DNA of 64,000 nucleotides. It comes from Ophelia neglecta. Its lineage: Eukaryota. The notes under the pieces were generated by a model. The model had not been told where the DNA came from, did not search any database, and saw only the letters and a program-made list of their open reading frames with translations. Below are positions 15,201 to 25,948 of this stretch, piece after piece. Location of the stretch: the NCBI GenBank assembly GCA_965285935.1, contig OZ260665.1, positions 58,404,001 to 58,468,000 of the forward strand. The letters are read 5' to 3'. A program made the translations under genes and the position numbers. Positions within the stretch are counted from its first letter, which is position 1, and each line of letters begins with the position of its first letter.

Positions 15201-15629
15201 ACTGGCTTCTCGGAATCGGGCGTGGCTCCAATCAATCTATCTCTACAGAGGCCCAGCTTTGTGGGAACACAGTGGCTTTGCTGAGTCAGGTGTTTGTGTG
15301 ATTGACAATTCAACCTCTTGCATGAATTCCCTCAGACAAATGGACAGCATTGCAACAGTTCAAATTTATCTTCAATTTGTGTAAAGTAACTATTATTTGT
15401 TTTTGGATACATAATTATTCTAACTTATATTGTTCGCTGCACACACGCGGCAGCAGTTTACTTGCTATTTATCTACAGCCACTTAAAGCTTAAAACCAAA
15501 AAAATGTTTGTTTGGATTTCGATAGAATAAAGTAGGAATTCTCACCGTGAGATCCCATGTTGGGAAACCCTCCAAGTCTATAGACGCCACCCTCTGAACA
15601 TACTGACGGACTATCTTCTCGGACGACAT
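31..15629 (-). CDS. ChAT: Choline O-acetyltransferase, spliced and 3'-partial: join(15629-15546, 5075-4972, 4839-4749, 4407-4289, 4077-4024, 3779-3599, 1427-1244, 242-31); 1029 nt = 343 aa; continues beyond the window start
   Basis: All eight exons have AG/GT boundaries and compatible phases. The joined translation carries choline/carnitine acyltransferase motifs ([51 protein letters not shown]). Position beside VAChT identifies it as ChAT rather than a carnitine acyltransferase. The catalytic His exon is outside the window. Confidence 0.95.
355..500 (-). mobile_element. SINE fragment, MESC/Meta-core type, with (AAACC)n tail
   Basis: CCAGTCACATTATACTGACACCGGGTTGACCAGT resembles, from recall, the core of mollusc MESC/MetaSINEs. 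The ttggt repeats at 355-375 form the tail. Confidence 0.6.
955..1046. mobile_element. Partial MITE related to the element at 7012-7172
   Basis: Ends in caggtttcactg and has internal ggtggtc repeats matching the reverse complement of the 7012 element. Confidence 0.55.
1244..1427 (-). CDS. ChAT: ChAT coding exon 7 (184 bp): [10 protein letters not shown]...[21 protein letters not shown]
   Basis: Acceptor gttttcgttttag|TTT, donor G|gtaagt; overlaps ORF-track 1236..1421. Confidence 0.95.
3599..3779 (-). CDS. ChAT: ChAT coding exon 6 (181 bp): [33 protein letters not shown]...[10 protein letters not shown]
   Basis: Acceptor ttccataaag|G, donor CAG|gtaccc; overlaps ORF-track 3590..3772. Confidence 0.95.
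4024..4077 (-). CDS. ChAT: ChAT coding exon 5 (54 bp): (R)[17 protein letters not shown](S)
   Basis: Acceptor tccttcag|A, donor TC|gtgagt; phase 2 to 2, bridging its neighbours in frame. Confidence 0.93.
4289..4407 (-). CDS. ChAT: ChAT coding exon 4 (119 bp): [39 protein letters not shown]
   Basis: Acceptor attacag|G, donor AG|gtcagt; conserved PLPVNSNP motif. Confidence 0.95.
4749..4839 (-). CDS. ChAT: ChAT coding exon 3 (91 bp): [30 protein letters not shown]
   Basis: Acceptor caactacag|A, donor TGG|gtacga; phase 2 to 0. Confidence 0.92.
4972..5075 (-). CDS. ChAT: ChAT coding exon 2 (104 bp): [34 protein letters not shown]
   Basis: Acceptor tttttaattgcag|A, donor AG|gtaagc; N-terminal LPKLP.P.L motif of the family. 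Confidence 0.95.
7012..7172. mobile_element. Tc1/mariner-type MITE
   Basis: TA|cagtaaaacctg ... caggattcactg|TA: imperfect terminal inverted repeats, TA target duplication, internal gaccacc repeats. Confidence 0.7.
11379..11820. mobile_element. MITE with CAG(T/A)GGCGTAGGAAG terminal inverted repeats and 5-bp TATGT target-site duplication
   Basis: tatgt|cagaggcgtaggaag ... cttcctacgccactg|tatgt. The G/C-run subterminal block is duplicated internally (about 11433-11531 and 11707-11820). Confidence 0.8.
13140..13460 (+). repeat. Diverged ~320-bp repeat; second copy at about 11090-11850, interrupted by the MITE
   Basis: Colinear shared blocks: aaggaattga..aggcctata, aagccac.tggt, aaaatagtc, tttcagttga.gta.att.tgcctaa.ttagg, taatgaac..ag.cttacta, atggctg. 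Confidence 0.7.
15546..15629 (-). CDS. ChAT: ChAT first coding exon, CDS part: [28 protein letters not shown] (whole exon 15720-15546)
   Basis: Strong acceptor gttttttttgcag| at 15721/15720. In-frame TGA lies 21 nt before the ATG. Phase-0 donor ACG|gtgaga joins in frame to KPLPKLP. The N-terminus is poorly conserved, so support is mainly splice signals and phase. Confidence 0.8.
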
Positions 15630-17384
15630 GGGTCTGTCTGTAGTGAGTCAGGGCTTTGGCGCTGGGCTCGGCCGGATGGGGTGGACGGGCTCAGCCACCC
15701 TTCAAACTAACTCGACTAGTCTGCAAAAAAAACACGATCTTTGTTTTTCAATGCGTATAAAACTGCTAATGTTTTTCAGTGAACTAAATTTCAACCGCTT
15801 TCAATTGTAGCAGGTGTGTCACAAGGTTGACCGTAACTTAATATTACTAGTACACACAATCAGTCAAATTTCATAGCAAGTTTACAATCAAATGGCAAAC
15901 CTTTTATCATAAGACCCAAGATAATATCCATGTACACACTAGATGCTCAAAAGCCTTGAACTAGATAGTTTGTCTGACTACATAACCGCATTTAATATAT
16001 TCTAGCAATAGAAAGATGTAGCCTAAGCTCTGAGATCACAACGAGACACTCCGATGTTGACCGGTCATGACAATTACTAGTGGTAAGTTCATTCCTAGTA
16101 ACAACATGCATTGTGAATTAACAATACACATCCACGACAATATCAGTTTTTCTTACCAAGTCACGCAGAGCATTTAGTTTCTGTCAATTTCCCACTGGTC
16201 AAGGGTGCTTTCTTCTATCATTTTATATCTTACATTCATTAAATAGGATTTGGAGTCTGGACTGTAAAAAAAAGCTCCCATCGCTTTCCAGTTTGACCTT
16301 GAAGGATGGATCTGAAGGATTTTATTTATAAGACTTCACGTCCTTGGTCTGAGATTTATTCGGTTTATTTCAAGATCCCGGATGTGATTGCGGCAAACAT
16401 CCCGTTAGAGGATGTCGAACGGAAGACAGCTCAGATCAAAATGGGCAAATACATTCCACTATTAAGACTTATTTAAGGGACTGTCGCGAACCGTGGCCTC
16501 GCCTTGGTTAATGCTAAAATCGATTTTCTTGCTCTCGATGGACTTTGCATTGTTCAGATGTTGATCCCGATCGCAATTCTGCTACGTTCTATCGACGGAT
16601 TCGGACGCAGACAACCAAGTTTAAGATATGAGAATATACAGGCGAACGAAATATCGGTTGGATGCGTCCCACGAGCCCCCTCCCCCCTCCATTGCCCGGA
16701 CAGACATGGAGACCCGTTCGATATCACGTGACTAATCAGCGTCCGAGTTAACGTTATTTCTCTTCCGACTCGATAGCTTGTGAAGAAACCTAAAATGGTT
16801 TTCATAAGAAGCTATTTCCTTTCCCGTATTTGAGAAGGATGTCACAATGCCACCATCTCAATAAACTGCCTTACTTAAAATCACGGTTTAATATAAAATA
16901 AAATCTACTGCTTGCAGGGAAGATGGCCAAATGTTGACAGCCTGGAAATAGCACATCCAAACCAATTCCGGTTTATGTACTCGTAAAAAAGAAGTCAGTA
17001 GATATCACAGATAAATTAATTAAAAAAACATGTTGAACAGCGAGTTGCCTATATTATTGCGGGCCTATATTCTAAGCTCATTTTTCATGGTGTTGATCCA
17101 ACAAACTTAAAAAAAGTTGGCCATCGTTCGAATTATTTCCGAGTGAGATGTTAAAACTGATTATATTAACTGTATAATTGATGGGTAATTTGCACAAAAT
17201 TGTGTTTGGTTAGAAACCCAGTGCAATATCAATGTACAATTGTTAGAAGGACATGTTGCGTTGGGTATGGTGAGGTGATGTGGCACCCCTTTTCTTTCCA
17301 GAAATAATCAAAGATAAACGGTCAGAATGTATAGTACCATGTGGGGAGGGAAAGGGGTATCCGGTAATTAAACCCGTAAGAGAG

Positions 17385-18980
17385 ACCGCACCCCACCCTT
17401 TCCAAGTGTGAGAAGACTCACGGGCGGAATGCAGTCTCAACAATACACTCTCCAATTGTGAGTTGACACAAAAGGCGAGGTGCAGGTCCCACCATACACT
17501 CTCCAAGTATGAGAAGACGAGATGCAAGCCACACCCTACACTCTCAAAGTGTAACTTGACTCAAATGCGAGATGCAGGCCACACCCTACACTCTCCAAGT
17601 GTGAGCAGACAAAAAGGCGAGATGGAGGCCACACCCTACACTCTCCAAGTGTGAGCAGACAAAAAGGCGAGATGGAGGCCACACCCTACACTCTCCAAGT
17701 GTGAGCTGACTCAAATGCGAGATGCAGGCCACACCCTACACTCTCCAAGTGTAAGCTGACTCAAATGCTCGATGCAGGTCCCATCCTTCGCTCTCCAAGT
17801 GTGAGTTGACTCAAATGCTAGATGCAGGCCACACCCTACACTCTCCACCTGTGAGCAGACAAAAAGGCGAGATGGAGGCCACACCCTACACTCTCCAAGT
17901 GTGAGCAGACAAAAAGGCGAGATGGAGGCCACACCCTACACTCTCCAAGTGTGAGCAGACAAAAAGGCGAGATGGAGGCCACACCCTACACTCTCCAAGT
18001 GTGAGCAGACAAAAAGGCGAGATGGAGGCCACACCCTACACTCTCCAAGTGTGAGCAGACAAAAAGGCGAGATGGAGGCCACACCCTACACTCTCCAAGT
18101 GTGAGCAGACAAAAAGGCGAGATGGAGGCCACACCCTACACTCTCCAAGTGTGAGCTGACTCAAATGCGAGATGGAGGCCACACCCTACACTCTCCAAGT
18201 GTGAGCAGACAAAAAGGCGAGATGGAGGCCACACCCTACACTCTCCAAGTGTGAGCAGACAAAAAGGCGAGATGGAGGCCACACCCTACACTCTCCAAGT
18301 GTGAGCAGACAAAAAGGCGAGATGGAGGCCACACCCTACACTCTCCAAGTGTGAGCAGACAAAAAGGCGAGATGGAGGCCACACCCTACACTCTCCAAGT
18401 GTGAGCTGACTCAAATGCGAGATGCAGGCCGCTTCCTACACTCTCCAAGTGTGAGCAGACAAAAAGGCGAGATGGAGGCCACACCCTACACTCTCCAAGT
18501 GTGAGCTGACTCAAATGCGAGATGGAGGCCACACCCTACACTCTCCAAGTGTGAGCAGACAAAAAGGCGAGATGGAGGCCACACCCTACACTCTCCAAGT
18601 GTGAGCAGACAAAAAGGCGAGATGGAGGCCACACCCTACACTCTCCAAGTGTGAGCAGACAAAAAGGCGAGATGGAGGCCACACCCTACACTCTCCAAGT
18701 GTGAGCAGACAAAAAGGCGAGATGGAGGCCACACCCTACACTCTCCAAGTTTGAGCTGACTCAAATGCGAGATGCAGGCCGCTTCCTACACTCTCCAAGT
18801 GTAAGCTGACTCAAATGCTCGATGCAGGTCCCATATTTCACTCTCCAAGTGTGAGTTGACTCAAATGCTAGATGCAGGTCACACCGTACACTCTCCAAGT
18901 GTAAGCTGACTCGACGGCGAGAGGCAGGCCCCATCCTACACTCTCCAGGTGTGAGCTGACTCACAGGCGAGATACAGGCG
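17385..18980. repeat. 50-bp minisatellite, about 32 copies (gatggaggccacaccctacactctccaagtgtgagcagacaaaaaggcga)
   Basis: Direct 50-bp periodicity with two interspersed variants and degenerate edges. Confidence 0.97.
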
Positions 18981-19299
18981 ACAAATTTCATCATCCTATA
19001 GCTAAATTGAAAGCCATCGACTAAAATAATGAATAGAAATGGCTCGTTCTCCTCTTGATGCTGCATTAAATGACTTTGATTTTCGATTTCTCCTCCTTGG
19101 CAGCAGGGATATCAGAAGTAATTCTCTCTTGTACAACGTAGCGTATTGATAGAACCATATGATCTTTGGTTTCTATATACTCGACGACTTGTAAAATCCT
19201 GCATGCACCGTTCCTTTGCTATGTCTATAGACCCCAATACATTTAAAAAATCGTCAGTCAAAATTGGTAAAAAGTGTACTGTTCTTTATTCTTTTTGGT

Positions 19300-20150
19300 C
19301 ATATGAACTAGGAGAGAAGGATATATGTTCCCCGAAATGGAGTTCCTTTTTGAATTTGATAAAAGGGGGCGTGGATGGTCATTTAATTAGCCAATGTACA
19401 TGCTCCAACCGTATAAGAAAATAATCAACACCATGTATAACATAAGCTTTATTTTTTACCAACAGCACACATTTTGTCTGTATACCATCAAGTGCTTACT
19501 CCTAATTTTCGACTAGTATTCGGGATCTATTTTATTTTGACAGTTTATATAACTTTCTTGAGAATGATGTATAGCTGCAAGATGTTTTTATCTATTTTGT
19601 ATTTGTTTATATTGCCGGAATCAATTAAAATTGTAAGTATAACAATCAATTCCTTTGTGCTTTAATAATGAAAAAATGTATACCGCATTGGGCCTAAATA
19701 GTTCATAAAGACTATGGGCAATGTTCAATCGCATTCCTCATGTATTATTGCATGAATACATGTTATAATTTTGTATTTGCTTCCTGCATTAGAATGCTCA
19801 AACGGCCTTCACATAGTGTTCCCAAAGGCATCACTATGTTACCTATTGTGATGATAACTGAAGCATTTTAATATGATGATATAGAACAAATAGATATTTT
19901 TGATGTGCCTTAGTTAATTTTACGCGAGCTTTTCCGTTGTTGATTCCCACTTGTCGTAAATCGGCGAGACCTACACCGCCTTTCTCACAGGAGGTAGAGA
20001 AAATGAATCGGTTAAGTGTTTCATTGACAGAGACTAGCAAACTAGCTGGGTTGTTTAGATTGATCAATAATCAGCGTGTCATCCCTGGTGGCTTCATGTT
20101 TGTTAAAATTGGAACCAGACTTCTTAAGATTGGTAGTGTCGAGTATCCTC
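19300..20150 (-). mobile_element. Decayed L1/Tx1-like LINE ORF2 C-terminal remnant
   Basis: Interrupted translation ILRSLVPILTN..LLINLNNP..VNETLNRFIF..EKGGVGLADL, then RILVEN and PFIKFKKEL, in the order expected for Tx1-type post-RT motifs. Contains stops and frameshifts. Confidence 0.6.
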
Positions 20151-20169
20151 TCCCTGAAGGAGGCGCGGG

Positions 20170-22560
20170 TCTAAAGCCCAGGGCCCGGGTCGAGGAGGGC
20201 ACATACCACAGAAACGCTCTCACAGAAAGGGGCGAGGGTCTTAGGTCCAGGGTTCGTGGTGAATGAGTGGACATACATCACACACCCTCTCACAGGAAGG
20301 GGCGAGGGTCTTAGGCCCAGGTTCATGGTGTATGAGTGGACATACATCACACATTCTCTCACAAGAAGGGGCGAGGGTCCTAGGCCTAGGTTCATGGTGT
20401 ATGAGTGGACATACATCACACACCCTCTCACAGGAAGGTGTGAGGGTCCTAGGCCTAGGTTCATGGTGTATGAGTGGACATACATCACACACCCTCTCAC
20501 AGGAAGGGGTGAGGGTCCTAGGCCCAGGGTCATGGAATATGAGTAGACATACATCACACACCCTCTCACAGGAAGGGGTGAGGGTCTTAGGCCCAGGTTC
20601 ATGGTGTATGAGTGGACATACATCACACATTCTCTCACAAGAAGGGGCGAGGGTCCTGGGCCTAGGTTCATGGTGTATGAGTAGACATACATCACACACC
20701 CTCTCACAGGAAGGGGTGAGGGTCTTAGGCCCAGGTTCACGGTGTATGAGTGGACATACATCACACATTCTCTCACAAGAAGGGGCGAGGGTCCTAGGCC
20801 TAGGTTCATGGTGTATGAGTGGACATACATCACACATTCTCTCACAAGAAGGGGCGAGGGTCCTAGGCCTAGGTTCATGGTGTGAGTAGACATACATCAC
20901 ACACCCTCTCACAGGAAGGGGCGAGGGTCCTAGGCCCAGGGTCATGGTGTATGAGTGGACATACATCACACATTCTCTCACAAGAAGGGGCGAGGGTCCT
21001 AGGCCTAGGTTCATGGTGTATGAGTAGACATACATCACACACCCTCTCACAGGAAGGGGCGAGGGTCCTAGGCCCAGGGTCATGGTGTATGAGTGGACAT
21101 ACATCACACATTCTCTCACAGGAAGGGGCGAGGGTCCTAGGCCTAGGTTCATGGTGTATGAGTGGACATACATCACACATTCTCTCACAAGAAGGGGCGA
21201 GGGTCCTAGGCCTAGGTTCATGATGTATGAGTAGACATACATCACACACCCTCTCACAGGAAGGGGCGAGGGTCCTAGGCCCAGGGTCATGGTGTATGAG
21301 TGGACATACATCACACATTCTCTCACAGGAAGGGGCGAGGGTCCTAGGCCTAGGTTCATGGTGTATGAGTGGACATATATCACACATTCTCTCACAAGAA
21401 GGGGCGAGGGTCCTAGGCCTAGGTTCATGGTGTATGAGTATACATACATCACACACCTTCTCACAGGAAGGGGCGAGGGTCCTAGGCCCAGGGTCATGGT
21501 GTATGAGTGGACATACATCACACATTCTCTCACAGGAAGGGGTGAGGGTCCTAGGCTCAGGGTCATTGTGTATGAGTAGACATACATCACACACCCTCTC
21601 ACAGGAAGGGGTGAGGGTCTTAGGCCCAGGTTCATGGTGTATGAGTAGACATACATCACACATTCTCTCACAAGAAGGGGCGAGGGTCCTAGGCCTAGGT
21701 TCATGGTGTATGAGTGGACATACATCACACACCCTCTCACAGGAAGGGGCGAGGGTCCTTGGCCTAGGTTCATGGTGTATGAGTAGACATACATCACACA
21801 CCCTCTCACAGGAAGGGGCGAGGGTCCTCGGCCCAGGGTCATGGTGTGTGAGTGGACATACATCACACACCCTCTCACAGGAAGGGGCGAGGGTCCTAGG
21901 CCCAGGGTCATGGTGTATGAGTGGACATACATCACACACCCTCTCACAGGAAGGGGCGAGGGTCCTAGGACCAGGGTCATGGTGTATGAGTGGACATACA
22001 TCACACACCCTCTCACAGGACGGGGCGAGGGTCCTAGGCCCAGGGTTCGTGGTGTATGAGTGGACATACATCACACACCCTCTTACAGGACGGGGCGAGG
22101 GTCCTAGGCCCAGGGTTCGTGGTGTATGAGTGGACATACATCACACACCCTCTCACAGGACGGGGCGAGGGTCCTAGGCCCAGGGTTCGTGGTGTATGAG
22201 TGGACATACATCACACACCCTTTCACAGGAAGGGGCGAGGGTCCTTGGCCCAGGGTTATGGTGTATGAGTGGACATACATCACACACCCTCTCACAGGAA
22301 GGGGATTAGGGTCTTAGGCCCAGGGTCATGGTGTATGAGTGGACATACATCACACACCCTCTCACAGGACGGGGCGAGGGTCCTAGGACCAGGGTCATGG
22401 TGTGTGAGTGGACATACATCACTTATTCTCTCACAGGAAGGGGCGAGGGTCCTAGGCCCAGGGTCATGGTGTATGAGTGGACATTCATCACACACCCTCT
22501 CACAGGAAAGGGTGAGGGTCCAAGGCCCAGGGTCATGGTGTATGAGTGGACATACATCCC
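20170..22560. repeat. 69-bp minisatellite, about 34 copies (ggacatacatcacacaccctctcacaggaaggggcgagggtcctaggcccagggtcatggtgtatgagt)
   Basis: Direct periodicity. The 23-codon unit explains the long repetitive ORFs on both strands. Confidence 0.97.
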
Positions 22561-22650
22561 ATATATTCTTCCATATATTCTTCGCGGGTCTAAGCCCCAT
22601 GGTCAGACCCCGGTTGTAGGAGGGGAAATACATTCCATACCCTCTAGATA

Positions 22651-22932
22651 CCAGAAGGGGGCGCGGGTCTAGACCGCGCTCTGTCAGAAGGGGGCGCGGG
22701 TCTAGACCGCGCTCTGCAAGAAGGGGGCGTTGATCTAGACCGCGCTCTGCCAGAAGGGGGCGCGGGTTTTAGCCCCGCTCAGCCAGAAGGGGGCGCTGGT
22801 CTAGCCCGCGCTCTGCCAGAAGGGGGCGCGGGTCTAGACCGAGCTCTGCAAGAAGGGGCCGCGGGTCTAGACCGCGCTCTGCCAGAAGGGGGCGCGGGTC
22901 TTAGCCCCGCTCAGCCAGAAAGAGGCGCGGGC
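22651..22932. repeat. 33-bp GC-rich minisatellite, 9 units (ccagaagggggcgcgggtctagaccgcgctctg)
   Basis: Unit starts at 22651, 22684, 22717, 22750, 22783, 22816, 22849, 22882 and 22915. Confidence 0.95.
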
Positions 22933-24639
22933 CAAAGTATCAGAGACCGGCGATTTAAAAAGAAATAAATGAAGAGACCCCGACTCCATAGTCCGTGGTC
23001 TTTTCGTGTTTCAGCAATAATAACCCTACAAATGAGCTTTCCTTTATTCCATTGCTTAAGACTTGCGAGCTTCACTATTCACATCAGTCGTTATTTGATC
23101 TTTGATTAGTTTGGTATGATATTTCATAGTTTCACATCAATCCTAGCCTAAAATCCCTTTAGAATCTAAAACCGAGGAAACTTTTTTGAGTTTGTGACAA
23201 AGTAACTTTTTATTTTCAAATGAATTACTTTTATGTTACACAAATAAACTATCACCACTAATAATCATGCATATCATAGTAAAATGCCTTTTTAAATTAT
23301 TGGACATGAATTGCATGAAACAATAGGAAAGTCAACTATATTAAGTATACCGAAACCTGTTGCTTTAAACAAGAAAAAAATCTTTTGAATTTTGAAACAA
23401 CAGAAATAAACCTCTATATTAAATATTGTTTTCCCCACGAAATCAACAATATAATATTAATGGCAGAAATCACCTCATATTCGCTTTACAACACTTCCAT
23501 TATATAAATTTACTAATAGAATAATCGCTGAAAACGCTACTGAGCAAAGAATTTGAGAGCAGTACTAGATGCAATGTCACTATGGTCTAAATATCAAAAG
23601 TTATTACTATCGATCGCTTTTTGCCTATATTAAACGGCTGAGCGCTTCTTCTATTGTGAATGGTTAAATTTGGAATTATACTTAAATTTATATTGACTTA
23701 TTACTATTGTCTTTGAACTGGCATTGAATCCATATCTAATTTAAAGGTGGATATATCATAAGAAAAAGTTGACATTAAAATATTGCGCATTAATGAATGT
23801 CCTATACTAATAATTATTATTGCCTTTGCAATATGGGTAGATTACAGCTCTAAGGTTGTATATAACAGGGCATGAAATTAAAAGATTTCAGTAATTAAGA
23901 TAACACGGTGAAAGCATCTAACGACACCGCTTAAAACTCACATCAATACCATCTTTACAATTAATATTACATAATTCACATTGCACAATTAATATTACAT
24001 AAGTTATGTACACCTTATTTGGCAGAACGGACACTCTACATGAGCATCACCAAAGGTGTGACCTCATCCTAAATAAAATAGTAACAAGGGCATATTTATT
24101 TACAGAATGACTCTGCATTCTCAATGCTCGTCAGTCGCTTGTGAAAGCCCAGCCTTTTTACTTGTGTGGCTTGTTATAATCACAGGTGCGCGAGGCGTCT
24201 GTCCGATGCTACCTATACACACACACATATATATATATGTAACTAAAGGTAGGAATCTCCCCGGCTTTGGGTCTGCCAGTTTGTTTGGACCTTCATAACA
24301 TCGCTGCTAAATTAGTTCAGCTGTGATTCTCGGCTACAGTGGCAATATCCGGTGGTAAAAGCACCACAAAAGGCCTTTACTCAAACTTGTGGTCGGTTTC
24401 ATTAAATTTAAGCGGTTTCTCGGCGAAAAAGAACATATCTCAAAAAAAACGCTACGAGAGGCCGTACATCTTGGTAAACAATAATGTTTAGTCGGGTCCA
24501 TCTTCGTGCGCGGTCGCTGATTGGCCAAAATTCCAAGCTAGATTTGATATTTGGATAAAATTACGGAAAGAAGTCCAGAAGTGGTTCGGGAAGTGCCTAA
24601 AATGCCCTAAAAACGATGCCAGTTACATATAACTGGGTT

Positions 24640-24839
24640 GGAGGGGAGCAAGGGGGCTTATATCACTGGGGTATATAAGCCTTAGGCTTCTCACCCCTGC
24701 CTTGTATTCTCACAGTAAGTTAACCCATATTGTTCTCTGTTTATTTGTATGTATGTGAGTGCGTGAGACAAAAAAAAAAGATTTTATTATGTAAATATAT
24801 ATATGTATGGCAAATAAATTTGATTTGATTTGATTTGAT
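24640..24839 (+). mobile_element. 3' end of a non-LTR retroelement (L2/CR1-like tail)
   Basis: aagcc-tta-ggctt stem-loop within gggg..cccc, then aataaa followed by (tttga)4. Confidence 0.5.
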
Positions 24840-25948
24840 AAATCGTATAATTGTTAAGTATTACAGGCGACTGTTAAGGCGCCCGAAAAACACACCGAAA
24901 GTAAGATATCGGGGACCAAAATGAAGGTCCCAACAAGCTGCAAGTGTTCCGGTGCGGCATTAACCCTGCACGCGCACTGCGGAGATGCATACCTTTAGTT
25001 AACCATACTGAGTTGCAGAGGACAGGCGCCTCGCGTATCTGTGGTTACAATTGTAAATAACACAGATTACGATACACATTATACATTAAAATAACCAGTT
25101 GGTTTGTCAACAACAGATGTGGAGCATCATTATCAACAATTACCTATAGAACATCAAAACTATATTTAGTGCACTCACTATATCCAGCTCAGATCTTAAA
25201 TTACGTACATCACAAACAAAGCTATAATTTGAAAGAACACCGTAATCGATGATGTCAAACACTTAAATAGGATGCACACGAGATTTAAACCGACACCAAC
25301 CAACCAATTTGGGGTGCTAGTTATTCAGCTACATATTCAGTATTGCACAGTGTCCCATGATTTAAATAATGAAGTCAAATGAGTGAAATGGGACTAGCAC
25401 CAAGTCTAGACAAAACACCCTCTCGGTGTCATATTAAAAATTGTCCTAATGCATTATGGTGAATTTTTTCTATGTCTTGACTACAATTCGTATACTACTA
25501 GCTGTTGTACAGACCGGATTCCGATGTATTTAATACGCCTATAGTCCATACACACATGTCTATTGATACTCTTGAAAATATGTGACGCACAAAGAATAAT
25601 ATTTTTATCAGACTAATTACTATAGCAGCATAACAATGTACATAATTTCTATCGGATGTCCTACTATAAAAAATGTGTTCTAACTTGCGTTCATGCAGTT
25701 ACCACAGCCACGGTTGAGAGCCTTCATTCCTTCCATATTTAGTACAATTCTTCAAATTCACAATTGCAACAGAATTGCAACTTTACATAAAACATCAAAG
25801 TTGTAAATGATAAACATATATACACTTCCTTAATTGACTAGACCTACATAACTGTTTTAACTCGGAACTTGACTATTAATTTCTTGAAATTAGGAATGTT
25901 TGCTTTGTTTACGCACATGTAAGACATAATAGTGATGCTGGGCTATGG

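Noticed and set aside
20171-22672. Long ORFs (608, 420, 300, 240 aa and others) on both strands
   Set aside because: Artefacts of a 69-bp (23-codon) unit open in several frames. Indel units shift frame freely, and there is no splice or domain support.
17385-22932. CRISPR-like appearance of the regular repeats
   Set aside because: Head-to-tail units with no unique spacers, no cas genes, and a eukaryotic intron context.
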